A stretch of 63,436 bases of DNA, counting the filler, from Octopus bimaculoides (taxonomy: Eukaryota), in the NCBI RefSeq assembly GCF_001194135.2. It is 4 parts of 3 records of this genome, joined end to end, with 100 filler letters (N's around TTAATTAATTAA, not from the genome) between each part and the next. Parts side by side here need not be neighbours in the genome. Positions count along the whole stretch, not along the records: positions 47,155 to 61,186 come from NC_068987.1; positions 61,287 to 63,436 come from NC_068981.1; 2 more parts are not named here. The stretch is one strand, 5' to 3'. Both the position numbers and the translations under genes were made by a program. Under the pieces are notes generated by a model, which was not told where the DNA came from, made no database searches, and saw only the letters and a program-made list of their open reading frames with translations. Below, in pieces: positions 52,239 to 63,436 of the stretch (the first letter of the stretch is position 1; each line of letters starts with the position of its first letter).

Positions 52239-53507
52239 GTAGGTATATAGATAGATAGTTGTTATTTTCTTTAGTGAGTAACCCGTAGTCATCTCTGATT
52301 GCTGCCTTTTTATATCATGCAGGTTGTCAGGCAAACAAAGAGCCGCGTCCCACCATGCCATTCATCTCCTGTGATGGTCACCACACTTCCATCCTTCCAA
52401 ATGCATTAATTACACGGAGCAAAGTTCTTCATAGGATGGTAGAAAACTGGATGGGTGCTGGAACGATTGAAAATCAAGTAGAACACTTAAGAGTGTTTAA
52501 GAAATTTAAACTATTTAAACGTTTGCTAAAATTAAAATGTTTTTATAGCCATGATTCTTTGAGAAATTGGGGACTTGTCGAAGAAAAAAAAAATTATATT
52601 AATGCAAACTCCATTAGAACTCGTCATAGATAATGGAAAAAGGAGCGAAAACACTCTTTTTTTTAAAATTCTATTTATTAATTCATTTGCAGGAAGCCTG
52701 CTTTTCGTCTGTTTGAGAAGAGTTGAGCTGGAGTGATGTGCGACAGTGTGGCCACGCACTCTCACCCCCTGCTAGCTCCATTGCCGTACATATAATATCA
52801 TGTCGGTTATTTCCCCCGGGTCAACGCTGATTAATCATACATATCATCAAATGGGTTCTGTCTGTTTTTATCCAGTCTTTTATACAAACAGCATATCTAA
52901 TACTACATTATCCAATGTATATTCCGTTTTTAAAGACTGAAAGATGTGATTCGAGGGAGATTCGGCTACTAATTCTAACTTGTCGAGCTATGATGTAGCA
53001 AGCTGATTCGATCGTTTCTAAGAGAAAAGTTTTGAAAACATAGTGAAGATACCTTCACTTTTGTTCTACATTTCATTCAGACAAGGAAGGGACATTTACA
53101 TCATAGAAGTTGAAAACAGATGAGTATGCTGAATAAATCAATTTTGTGTATGCCAGGAACCTAGATAGAATGGCCATTGTTTGAATTCTTGTCAAATGAT
53201 GTAATTCCAACACACATTACACAACCAAATAAATCGCGTAGGAAAATCAAGGAAAATTGCCTTTAACAGAAAGGAAGATTTTAAGACAGTTAAATCAGAG
53301 TGCGCGAGTGATTCCTAATCAAAGTCTCGGATCATTCATTCCATTTAGTCAATGACTCACTGCACGATATTACAAGAAATTTTATGAAACGATGTTCTTA
53401 CCTTTCTTTTGGTACCAATGTTCAGAACAGCGATTGGCAACGTAAAAACAGAAAATCACAATTAACATTTTTGCCAAATAAAATTACTAGCTCTACAAAA
53501 TCACAAT

Positions 53508-53712
53508 ATTGGTTTCAAAGTTTGGCACAAGGCCAGGAAGTTCAGGAAAGGGTTTAAGGCAATTGCTTCCAACCCATTGATCAACTGGTCCTTAATTTAT
53601 CGACCTTCGATAGGATGAAACGCTAAGTCGACCTTGGTGGCATTTGAACTCAAAACGTAAAGGCGGTCGAAATGCCGCTAATCATTTTGACCGGAGGGGA
53701 CTAACGATTCTA
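53508..53712 (-). mobile_element. SINE family C
   Basis: GGTTTCAAAGTTTGGCACAAGGCC...AGGATGAAACGCTAAGTCGACCTTGGTGGCATTTGAACTC...AACGATTCT. Confidence 0.85.
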
Positions 53713-54590
53713 TTAATCGAGTCAGTCTCCATAACTGAATCTTTTCAAAGAAATGGCAGATAACTATTTCAGTTTTAGTTATAAATTATTTAGAAATGAG
53801 AACAGATTTTTTGCGGTATTCCAAAAAGAATGGCGAGACTTATTGACTAAGATAATGAAAATATTTGCTTAAAAATAACTCCATATAAAAGACTTCAGAA
53901 TACATTTTGATTAAAGCTAGCAGAAATTCTCCTGTTTTTGTTGATTTCCATAGAAAGAATTTCGCTTTAATGTAAATTTAGTTCAAAGCAATCTATTTTA
54001 AAAGTGTTTGGATGTAAGAATCCTTTTTCTTTTTGTATTCCTTTGAGAGGGAAGAAGGTGTTTCCGAGGCAAATCTCTGTTGGTCGACTCTTAAGAAAAC
54101 ATTAAATTTTCCATGTTGAATTTGAGAAAATTTTCCCTGCTCCACCAACAGACTGTATTTAGAGTGTATGAGATAGTAGTTGGTCTCCATCTTTGCTTAA
54201 AAATTCCAGCCTTTTCAGACTATCATTACAGAACTTACTTAATGAAGCATACCAATGTCTAGTGAGATAACGAGAATTTGAGAGCAGTTTAGAATATATT
54301 CAGGTTTCGAAGAGATTGTCCACGAACATTCGCCTTCACACCGATTTGGAGATATTCACATCAACTGGGCAGCTAAACCCTTCGATAATTCATGTTTTTA
54401 TTTTCTGTAGCAGATTGTTATATCAGAACTGTTCTATTAACACATGATGGACGTTTTGAGAGGAACATTCCATCGAAATTCTTTGTGCTGATAAACATGC
54501 AAACTCACTAATGGAGATTTCTATTGTAGCCTACATCCGACCAAATCCTTGAGAATGGATGTAACAGACAGAAATTGAAAGAACCTTGCC

Positions 54591-54640
<50 letters not shown>

Positions 54641-55497
54641 NNNNNNNNNNNNNNNNNNNNNNNNNNNNNNNNNNNNNNNNNNNNNNNNNNNNNNNNNNNN
54701 NNNNNNNNNNNNNNNNNNNNNNNNNNNNNNNNNNNNNNNNNNNNNNNNNNNNNNNNNNNNNNNNNNNNNNNNNNNNNNNNNNNNNNNNNNNNNNNNNNNN
54801 NNNNNNNNNNNNNNNNNNNNNNNNNNNNNNNNNNNNNNNNNNNNNNNNNNNNNNNNNNNNNNNNNNNNNNNNNNNNNNNNNNNNNNNNNNNNNNNNNNNN
54901 NNNNNNNNNNNNNNNNNNNNNNNNNNNNNNNNNNNNNNNNNNNNNNNNNNNNNNNNNNNNNNNNNNNNNNNNNNNNNNNNNNNNNNNNNNNNNNNNNNNN
55001 NNNNNNNNNNNNNNNNNNNNNNNNNNNNNNNNNNNNNNNNNNNNNNNNNNNNNNNNNNNNNNNNNNNNNNNNNNNNNNNNNNNNNNNNNNNNNNNNNNNN
55101 NNNNNNNNNNNNNNNNNNNNNNNNNNNNNNNNNNNNNNNNNNNNNNNNNNNNNNNNNNNNNNNNNNNNNNNNNNNNNNNNNNNNNNNNNNNNNNNNNNNN
55201 NNNNNNNNNNNNNNNNNNNNNNNNNNNNNNNNNNNNNNNNNNNNNNNNNNNNNNNNNNNNATATACACAGCCCCACAAAACAATATATATTAACATTAAG
55301 TCGTAATACAAACATGCAAGTGTACGCACGCACATGCGAGCATAATTTACTGATAGGCATACATACATTCATACAAACATACATACACACCTTCATATAT
55401 ACATACACACACATATATACAGTCATACATACTTATAGACATGCATACATATATACATTTATACATACAAACATACATACATACATACATACATACA

Positions 55498-55533
<36 letters not shown>

Positions 55534-56247
55534 TACATAATCAAACAATTATGTTAACGGAGGAATAAGCTGCGCCAAACTTGTTTATCAAGAACATAGG
55601 GATTTTATGCGTTGAGAAAGAAGCTTGAGGGATCAGCTATGTTCCTTTTGCAACCTATTTATTAAAGTTTAGAGATAATGGAGATGTGACGGTTGTCAGT
55701 TGTGGCCTTCGAAAGATGGATGTCCTTGTCAAATTTTTAAAAGATATTGTCGTTTCCTTGTCACCGACATTAATATGAATTTAGATATCTCTGCGTTGTC
55801 TATGTAATCATAATATACACGCGCGCGCACACACACACACATAGGAGCACACAAACACATATAAACACACACACACATGCACATAAACACACACGCACCC
55901 ACGCCCGCACACACACACACACACATATATAAACGTATATATGGACATGAATATTGTTAATCACTTACTCCAATCACGCACATAAACGCATGCGCACAAA
56001 TATGGACCCATCAAACAGAGAGAAAGACACAGAGAGAGACTTGCGCATGTGTGTCTATGTTCGCATCTGTACGTCAGATTCAAGATTTACTTCTTTTTCT
56101 TTTTGTAACAAGGTGTAGCTGTATCTGTAATTTGTAGATATATATGATTGCATGTGTGCGTGTGTGTGTGAGTGAATGTTTACTGATACACATGTATTTA
56201 TATGCATACTAATCTATCTATATATCGATATATATATCGATATATAT

Positions 56248-56308
<61 letters not shown>

Positions 56309-56839
56309 NNNNNNNNNNNNNNNNNNNNNNNNNNNNNNNNNNNNNNNNNNNNNNNNNNNNNNNNNNNNNNNNNNNNNNNNNNNNNNNNNNNNNNNNNNNN
56401 NNNNNNNNNNNNNNNNNNNNNNNNNNNNNNNNNNNNNNNNNNNNNNNNNNNNNNNNNNNNNNNNNNNNNNNNNNNNNNNNNNNNNNNNNNNNNNNNNNNN
56501 NNNNNNNNNNNNNNNNNNNNNNNNNNNNNNNNNNNNNNNNNNNNNNNNNNNNNNNNNNNNNNNNNNNNNNNNNNNNNNNNNNNNNNNNNNNNNNNNNNNN
56601 NNNNNNNNNNNNNNNNNNNNNNNNNNNNNNNNNNNNNNNNNNNNNNNNNNNNNNNNNNNNNNNNNNNNNNNNNNNNNNNNNNNNNNNNNNNNNNNNNNNN
56701 NNNNNNNNNNNNNNNNNNNNNNNNNNNNNNNNNNNNNNNNNNNNNNNNNNNNNNNNNNNNNNNNNNNNNNNNNNNNNNNNNNNNNNNNNNNNNNNNNNNN
56801 NNNNNNNNNNNNNNNNNNNNNNNNNNNNNNNNNNNNNNN

Positions 56840-56889
<50 letters not shown>

Positions 56890-56970
56890 ATATACATGTG
56901 TGTGTATGTTTGTTTGTACATCTATGCGTATGTTCAAATTATATATATTATATATTTATACGTATGCATG

Positions 56971-57030
<60 letters not shown>

Positions 57031-58279
57031 CATACTTATTTAGATGTATAGGCAACCTCTTATATCCTCTTTCGAATTACACTAATTCTTATTCCACGCA
57101 ATCTGGACGAATAGAAATTAGATTTAATCGGAGAGGCAGTTGGATTATAGATGTAAAGGGAGATAACTGCCTTGCATTTATGGTAAACGGTGTAAATAAA
57201 TGCAAGAAGTCTTTTATTCGTTTCTGCATTTCCCAAAATGCTTCAAAATGCTCTTGCTGTCAAAAAAATATCTGCTTTAAATAATAGGTGTTAAAATATT
57301 ATTGCACGCAATAGAATTGCTTCGTGATGTAGAAGGCGTCTCTGTTAAAGCTACATCTTTGTAAACACCTAACACAATAACGACATTGGAATAACTTTCT
57401 TTGGCACTTAAGAAATATCTAAAGTATGCCAGAAATACATGTTCGAAAATGACAAATACAACAATATCAGTTCGAAGAATAATGCAAAGATAACAAAAGA
57501 AACGGAAAAATCCCTTTCCTCAATCGCCAAACTGCTTCGGATTTGATGTTTGTTTTAGTCACTTTTCGACGTGTAACTGATCTGATATTAAGAACATTTA
57601 AAATTTCATTATTTAGTCAAATAATATCCATGTTCAATACCTTCCTAAGTAATCCAACCCATAAGCCGAGCTGACTTCTTTCTGCTAGGACAATGATCAT
57701 CTCCAAAGAAATCAATCCCAGCAAAAACGCCATTATTCATCTGCATTTTAAGGTGTTCTCCAAATCACAACAAGACGTGTATGTATATATAAAACAAAAT
57801 ATAATATCTGTAGAGTGGAAGAGTGTATGATCGATCCAGTGAGACAACTTTACATCTACCTCTCCACTAAATTATCCCAATAAATAGAGGGTATCTATAC
57901 AACGAGATCCTTTCAAGTATTGATTGGTTAGAAGAAAGATTTCGATTCATTACTAGTTAATAACATTTTTTGGCTGTAATTTATTTACTTTATGACGTCA
58001 TAGGGGGTCTTCATTCTGGTAACAATAATACGTGGCAAACGATGTTTGGTCCAAAGTAGTGCCCTGACAGTAATTTCAAGTTTTCCAGTAATATCTGCTG
58101 GGGTATTAAGTATAGAAAGTATAACAGGAGAAATAGGTTGAAAGTGGAAGAATTCTTGGCCATTCATTGAATAAAGTGAGGATGTTGAAAGTGGAAATAA
58201 TAGAAACAGAAAAATGAAATGCTGAAACGCTAATTGCAAACGTTCAGAAACAGTATATTTGTACAAAATGACGAAGACA

Positions 58280-58860
58280 AAGGTTTATAAAGCTCAGGCA
58301 GTAGACGCAAAAATGTATAGAAAAGAGGACGGAAAAGTTAAAGATCGTTTAATGAGTGCAGTGAGCTAGAACAAAAAGAGTATAAAAACAGGTATGACTC
58401 TATTGGTAAAAAAATGTGCATTAGGCTGTTTGCTTAATTTATAAATTTAGAGTGGCAGAGAAGTGGTATGAAGATGAGCCACAGGTTTTCGTTATAGTGA
58501 CGGATCATACTATAAAAGCTGGTGAAACAGATATGATTGAGGAGCAAAAAATAGAAAAGAAAAAACGGTGCGAGATCATTGCTCTTGTAATGTTGTATCA
58601 TAATATGATAGAACTGATATCAAGGAAACAAAGAAAAGTGAGAAATGTCTGTGCGGCGCCAGTAAGATACAGAAATTATAAAGACAAGTGTGATAATAGT
58701 TCCTGTTGTAATTGGTGTACTTGGCACAACGACCAAACAACTGTCTAAGAGGCTGAAGGTGACTGGAATTCAGACACATATTTTCGACCTATACAAAAGC
58801 ACCATCTTCTATTCTGCAAGAATTCTATGAAAGATTCTTCTTTCAGTTCTTTGTTGCTTA
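58280..58860 (+). mobile_element. Decayed RLE-type (R4/Dong-like) non-LTR retrotransposon, 3' coding region
   Basis: CSELEQKEYKNRYDSIG, EKWYEDEPQ, TDHTIKAGETDMI, PVVIGVLG-like and YKSTI...ARIL fragments follow the RLE order (C..LA..EYK.RHD; KWYEH.P; TD..I..NRPD; PVVIGALG). Confidence 0.75.
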
Positions 58861-60294
58861 GCTGAAGTGCTATGAATTTAATACAGACCTAATACAGAAC
58901 TGAAATTATTCCAGCTGCTCTTCGTTTTTCTCTCCGCGAATTTGTTGTTAATAACGATCAGTTATTTATATGTTTACGCATCGAGATATATTCTGATAGT
59001 ATTCAATATACTCTCTGTACAACATATATGTCTCAAACACGAACTACCGAATAATAAAATCACAGCGCATTCGTACACAACTGACATATCACACGAACAT
59101 AACCTGACAGTGCCGCTTCTGACGCTAAGACACAAACCATCAAAAACACAGCACATACGAAGCTCAAGAACTACCAAGCACACTGCACATGTAGTTTTCA
59201 GGCACTGCACATATATTAGCCAAGCGATGCAAAACAGATGGAACATTGGAGTATAAACAGAAGCAACGAAACAAGTCCCAGAAGAATGCAAACATGATGT
59301 TGTGTACAAACACAATTGGACAAGCGCAAAAATGCATTGCTGCACACTCATCAGGGACTCGCATAAAAATTTTAAAATATCACCATGATAATGATAGAAC
59401 GATGAAGAAGAAGTGTAGGAAAAGGAGGAGGAGGAGGAGGAGGAGGAGGAGGACTTCACAAGGTCGCAGAAGTGAGTGATGGGGGAACCATAGTACTGCG
59501 GTATTAATACTGCAAGAGTTAATAATACTAAAGGCGGAAAGAAGAGAAAAAAAAAACAATTTTGACGTCATTGAACGAGTATAAATTATTCTAGTTTTCA
59601 AGAATATAGCCGACATCAATTATTTATTGACTGCTAAACTATAAATAGATTTAGTTGGAACACATGTTCTTTGAAAAAGCGGACAAAATAATGGCAAGAA
59701 AAATTATTTCTTACACCTAATAATTTTCTTTACACTTTAACTTCTATTTTTAGCAAATATTTCAGCTTATAAAAGACACTAAATTAAATCAATAAGTTGA
59801 TANNNNNNNNNNNNNNNNNNNNNNNNNNNNNNNNNNNNNNNNNNNNNNNNNNNNNNNNNNNNNNNNNNNNNNNNNNNNNNNNNNNNNNNNNNNNNNNNNN
59901 NNNNNNNNNNNNNNNNNNNNNNNNNNNNNNNNNNNNNNNNNNNNNNNNNNNNNNNNNNNNNNNNNNNNNNNNNNNNNNNNNNNNNTATATATATATATAT
60001 ATATACATATATATATGTATATATATATATATACATATATATATGTATATATACACGTGTGTGTGTGTGCGTGACTGTTTTCTTTCTGTATTTGTTTTTT
60101 GTTTTTTTTGGTATACTCGTAATATGTATTTTTGTTTTTCTACTTTTGCATTTGGCAAATTTTTATTTTCTCATTTATTTATTTATTTTTCTATGCACTT
60201 CCAATAATGATGTTTACATGCAAATATTGTTGGCCTCAACTACATACATACATACGTACACACAAACATACATACAAACATACATATATGTCTA

Positions 60295-60500
<206 letters not shown>

Positions 60501-60853
60501 TATCAATCTATCTATCTATTTTTCTGCCTGCCTGCCTTCCTGTCTGCCCGCCTTCCTGTCTGCCTGTCAGTACATCTATCTTTTGAAGTAGTTAATCATA
60601 AAGGAAGTGATAAAACAGACGAGAAAATAAAGATAATATAAAGAAAGAAATGCAATTATGACTGGTCTCTAAGTTAATAAACCTATCAATGCCTCATATT
60701 ACCAATGTGAAATTGTCTTAAGCCATACACGTGTCTCTATTCATTCGTCGACAATTTGAGGAAGTTATTTCTTTCTTTTTCGTTCTTTACATAGAATACA
60801 TTATTGCGTCCTACATTTTTGATTAACTACAAAAGAAGAACATTATCTTTGCA

Positions 60854-60892
<39 letters not shown>

Positions 60893-60894
<2 letters not shown>

Positions 60895-61186
60895 CCGGCT
60901 CTACGTAGACAACGGTGAACAGGTGTGGTCGCCGTTTGTGCGGCGCGCTTTCCCGCAGCTCGTCTCCATGACCGAACTGCAGTCGTGGATCAAGAAGAGG
61001 CCGAGGAAGGGCGAATGGCACCGCTAGTGTCGCGCTGCTCTTCGGCAACTCCAACAACCCGGGTCAACCTTGAGCGACTGCATCACAACTAACGCATTCT
61101 ATAGTGGATTAGTGGGGGGAAGGTACGACGACGATCTCGGGGCGAACCTGGGCGTCGACGAGGAATACCTGACCCGCCTGTTTAAG
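60893..61186 (+). mobile_element. GC-rich L1/Tx1-like ORF2 fragment (post-RT region) with one in-frame stop
   Basis: One frame reads LRLYVDNGEQVWSPFVRRAFPQLVSMTELQSWIKKRPRKGEWHR*CRAALRQLQQPGSTLSDCITTNAFYSGLVGGRYDDDLGANLGVDEEYLTRLFK (TAG at 61025-61027). It starts at a (TATC)n tract and ends at a linker. The clade call is by resemblance. Confidence 0.6.
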
Positions 61187-61286
61187 NNNNNNNNNNNNNN
61201 NNNNNNNNNNNNNNNNNNNNNNNNNNNNNNTTAATTAATTAANNNNNNNNNNNNNNNNNNNNNNNNNNNNNNNNNNNNNNNNNNNN
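61187..61286. other. Artificial scaffolding linker (44 N + TTAATTAATTAA + 44 N)
   Basis: Same 100-bp layout as 31466 and 47055. Confidence 0.95.
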
Positions 61287-61287
61287 G

Positions 61288-61531
61288 GCACATAAAAGAC
61301 ACCATTTCGAGCGTGGCCGTTGCCAGTATCGCCTGACTAGCCTTCGTGCAGGTGACACGTAAAAGCACCTACTACACTCTCTGAGTGGTTGGCGTTAGGA
61401 AGGGCATCCAGCTGTAGAAACTCAGCCAAATTTAGATTGGAGCCTGGTGTTGCCATCCGGTTTCACCAGTCCTCAGTCAAGTTGTCCAACCCATGCTAGC
61501 ATGGAAAGCGGATGTTAAACGATGATGATGA
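61288..61531 (+). mobile_element. RTE-type LINE 3' UTR with (GAT)n tail
   Basis: GAGTGGTTGGCGTTAGGAAGGGCATCCAGCTGTAGAAAC...CATGCTAGCATGGAAAGCGGATGTTAAACGATGATGAT; near identical to 62536-62742. Confidence 0.85.
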
Positions 61532-61940
61532 TATACATATATATATGGTAATTGCAAACATGGCTGTAATTGGAGTTTGGTCACACTGCATGGACACTGT
61601 CAACTGGTGTTCTGTATTGTAGTATAACTGTGGGCCAACCAATGCGTTATGGATGAAATTGTTGGATGAAAGCTAAAAGGACACATTGTGCATATATGTA
61701 TATGTGTTTATGCAAGTGAGCATGTTTTTCCTCTTGTCTTTACATGTGAATGTAAACAAAAGCCTCCCTGTTCATCAAGTCAGGGTCATTTGCAGTCCTC
61801 TGTGTAAGCATGTTCAGGTTTCTTGGCAGTATTTGTAAACAAAAGGTTCGTTTAGATAAAGTTGATTGTTTTCAGTTCTTTGTGTAACCATGACAGACAT
61901 GCAAACATGGAAAAAAAGATATTAAAATTATGTTGATGAA

Positions 61941-61971
<31 letters not shown>

Positions 61972-62385
61972 GTGTACACATGGGTTGGACAAAATAATGG
62001 AAACAGTTTGTTAAATAGAAGTTTTATTAGTTAATGCAAAGTTGATCCACCTTTGACATCAGTCACAGCTTTAATATATTGAGGAATTGACTAGTACAGG
62101 TTCTGAATGTCTGTTAATGGAATTTTGGGCCATTTTTCAATAGTGGAAGGATGTGGATCCTCACTCACTGCTAAAAAATGCACAACTGTTTGTTTATATT
62201 GAGATCCGGTGACTGTGGGATGCATTCTAAGTGGTCTTCTTCACTTTTGTGCTCTTTGTACCAATTGTGAATGATATTAGCCAAATGAGTTGGTGCATTA
62301 TCATCCTGAAAAATGGTGAATGATGATTCATCAGAGAAGATGACATTGCTCCTTTGAACCACTCACCACTTCTGTTAGTCTAGAC

Positions 62386-62785
62386 CAGTGCTCCAGAAAC
62401 AATATGCTGCAGCACACTGGTGTGGTATGAGACAATGCTGGGTGTGCTGCAGTGTAACCTGAATATAATTTTTTTCCCTATACTTTTAGTTATAATTTTA
62501 GTTCAGGTGTGCCACCAAATTTTGAAAAGAATATAGTATCGCCTGACTGGTTTCGTGCCGGTGCCACGTAAAAGCACCCACTACACTCTCGGAGTGGTTG
62601 GCGTTAGGAAGGGCATCCAGCTGTAGAAACTCTGCCAAATCAGATTGGAGCCTGGTGTCGCCTTCTGGTCCACCAGTCCTCAGTCAAATCGTCCAACTCA
62701 TGCTAGCATGGAAAGCGGACGTTAAACGATGATGATGATGATGAATATAAATGTACTGCAAGTGAAAAAAGGTCGTGGAGAACTG
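62386..62785 (+). mobile_element. hAT (Charlie-like) MITE inserted in the Tc1 remnant, 8-bp TSD GTCTAGAC
   Basis: TIRs CAGTGCTCC/GGAGAACTG; perfect TSD at 62378-62385 and 62786-62793. An 8-bp NTCTAGAN TSD is typical of hAT-Charlie. Confidence 0.9.
62536..62742 (+). mobile_element. 5'-truncated RTE-type insertion inside the hAT MITE, 7-bp TSD GAATATA
   Basis: (GAT)n tail; TSD at 62529-62535 and 62743-62749. The empty site is visible in the paralogous MITE at ~3322-3340. Confidence 0.9.
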
Positions 62786-63075
62786 GTCTAGACAGCATTT
62801 TTTTTCTTCTCACTTAGCAGTGTTTATGGGGGACAGGAAAGGCTTAGCAATTGCAGTCCTCGTATGGTATTCAACTTTATGGAGGTCATAACAAACAGTT
62901 TGGTTTTGATTGCCATAATTTTAGCAAGGCGGTTGTTTAGCTCTGCTGTCATTTTTGTTGCTGTTCAATGATTGTAGACACAATACATCTCACTATTCTT
63001 CGATCCCTCTCTGTGAGCTTTGCTTTCCACCCAGAATTATTCATACCAGATTTTCTTTTATCTTGGTTTCGAAAT

Positions 63076-63436
63076 ACCAACCCCATACTGTTAGGATTGG
63101 CACTCTCAACGTCGGCACGCTGAAAGGTAGATCTGGTGAAATTGTTGAGATGCTTGAACGGAGATGCGTAGATATGTGCTGCATCCAGGAAGTAAGATGG
63201 AGAGGAGGTTCTGCAAGGTTCCTCACAGGCAAAGAACACAGGTACAAGATTTTCTGAGCAGGGAACACTGACGGGGTCGGGGGCGTAGGAATACTTCTAG
63301 CGGAGAAATGGGTGGATAAGGTAATCGAGGTCGTTAGAGTAAGTGACAGAGTACTTAAGATCAGACTAGTGCTTCATCATAGATTAGCTACTGTCATCTC
63401 AGCCTATGCACCTCAACCTGGGCTACCAGATGGTCT
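63076..63436 (+). mobile_element. RTE-clade LINE, N-terminal APE endonuclease (one nonsense codon; continues past the window end)
   Basis: TVRIGTLNVGTLKGRSGEIVEMLERRCVDMCCIQEVRWRG...KIF*AGNTDGVGGVGILL...VSDRVLKIRL...VISAYAPQPG carries the APE motifs (T.NV.TL, CIQE.RW, GVG.L, SAYAPQ). TGA at 63255-63257 replaces an expected Trp. Confidence 0.93.

Larger units (their letters stand above)
61977..63075 (-). mobile_element. Tc1-like DNA transposon remnant (transposase pseudogene, interrupted)
   Basis: Terminal TA|CACATGGGTTGGACAAAATAATGGAAAC. Minus-strand peptides NSGWKAKLTERDRRIVRCIVS (HTH region), VIFSDESSFT, IFQDDNAPTH, PQSPDLN and SIPQYIKAVTDVKGGST* are diagnostic Tc1 DDE motifs. The middle of the DDE domain is deleted. 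Confidence 0.92.

Noticed and set aside
52300-52633. 92-aa plus ORF with CCACCATG context
   Set aside because: No homology recognised. The reverse strand looks like a decayed LINE 3' end, and the ORF's distal half is AT-rich noise.

Overview
AT-rich, microsatellite-dense animal nuclear DNA with about 8 kb (~12-13%) of N gaps. The SINE/LINE families and repeat landscape suggest a coleoid cephalopod, probably Octopus; this is inferred from recognition, not a database search. No intact host protein-coding gene can be identified, and almost all long ORFs in the track are microsatellite or N-gap artefacts. Supported content: (i) about 30 tRNA-derived SINE copies in three main groups, two of which swap 5' heads and 3' tails; (ii) decayed LINEs (RTE, L1/Tx1-like, and R4/Dong- or HERO-like restriction-like-endonuclease types); (iii) a Tc1 remnant at 62-63 kb containing a hAT MITE that itself contains an RTE tail, with TSDs at both inner levels; (iv) a MITE overlapped by a ~120 bp inverted repeat at 43.4-44.0 kb; (v) a CpG-rich, motif-dense promoter-like island at 50.8-51.6 kb (TATA on the minus strand, palindromic CRE, E-boxes, CCAAT, ETS), with tentative minus-strand exons at ~37.3 kb and ~19.5 kb; (vi) three artificial 44N-TTAATTAATTAA-44N scaffolding linkers, so contiguity across 31.5, 47.1 and 61.2 kb is unproven.
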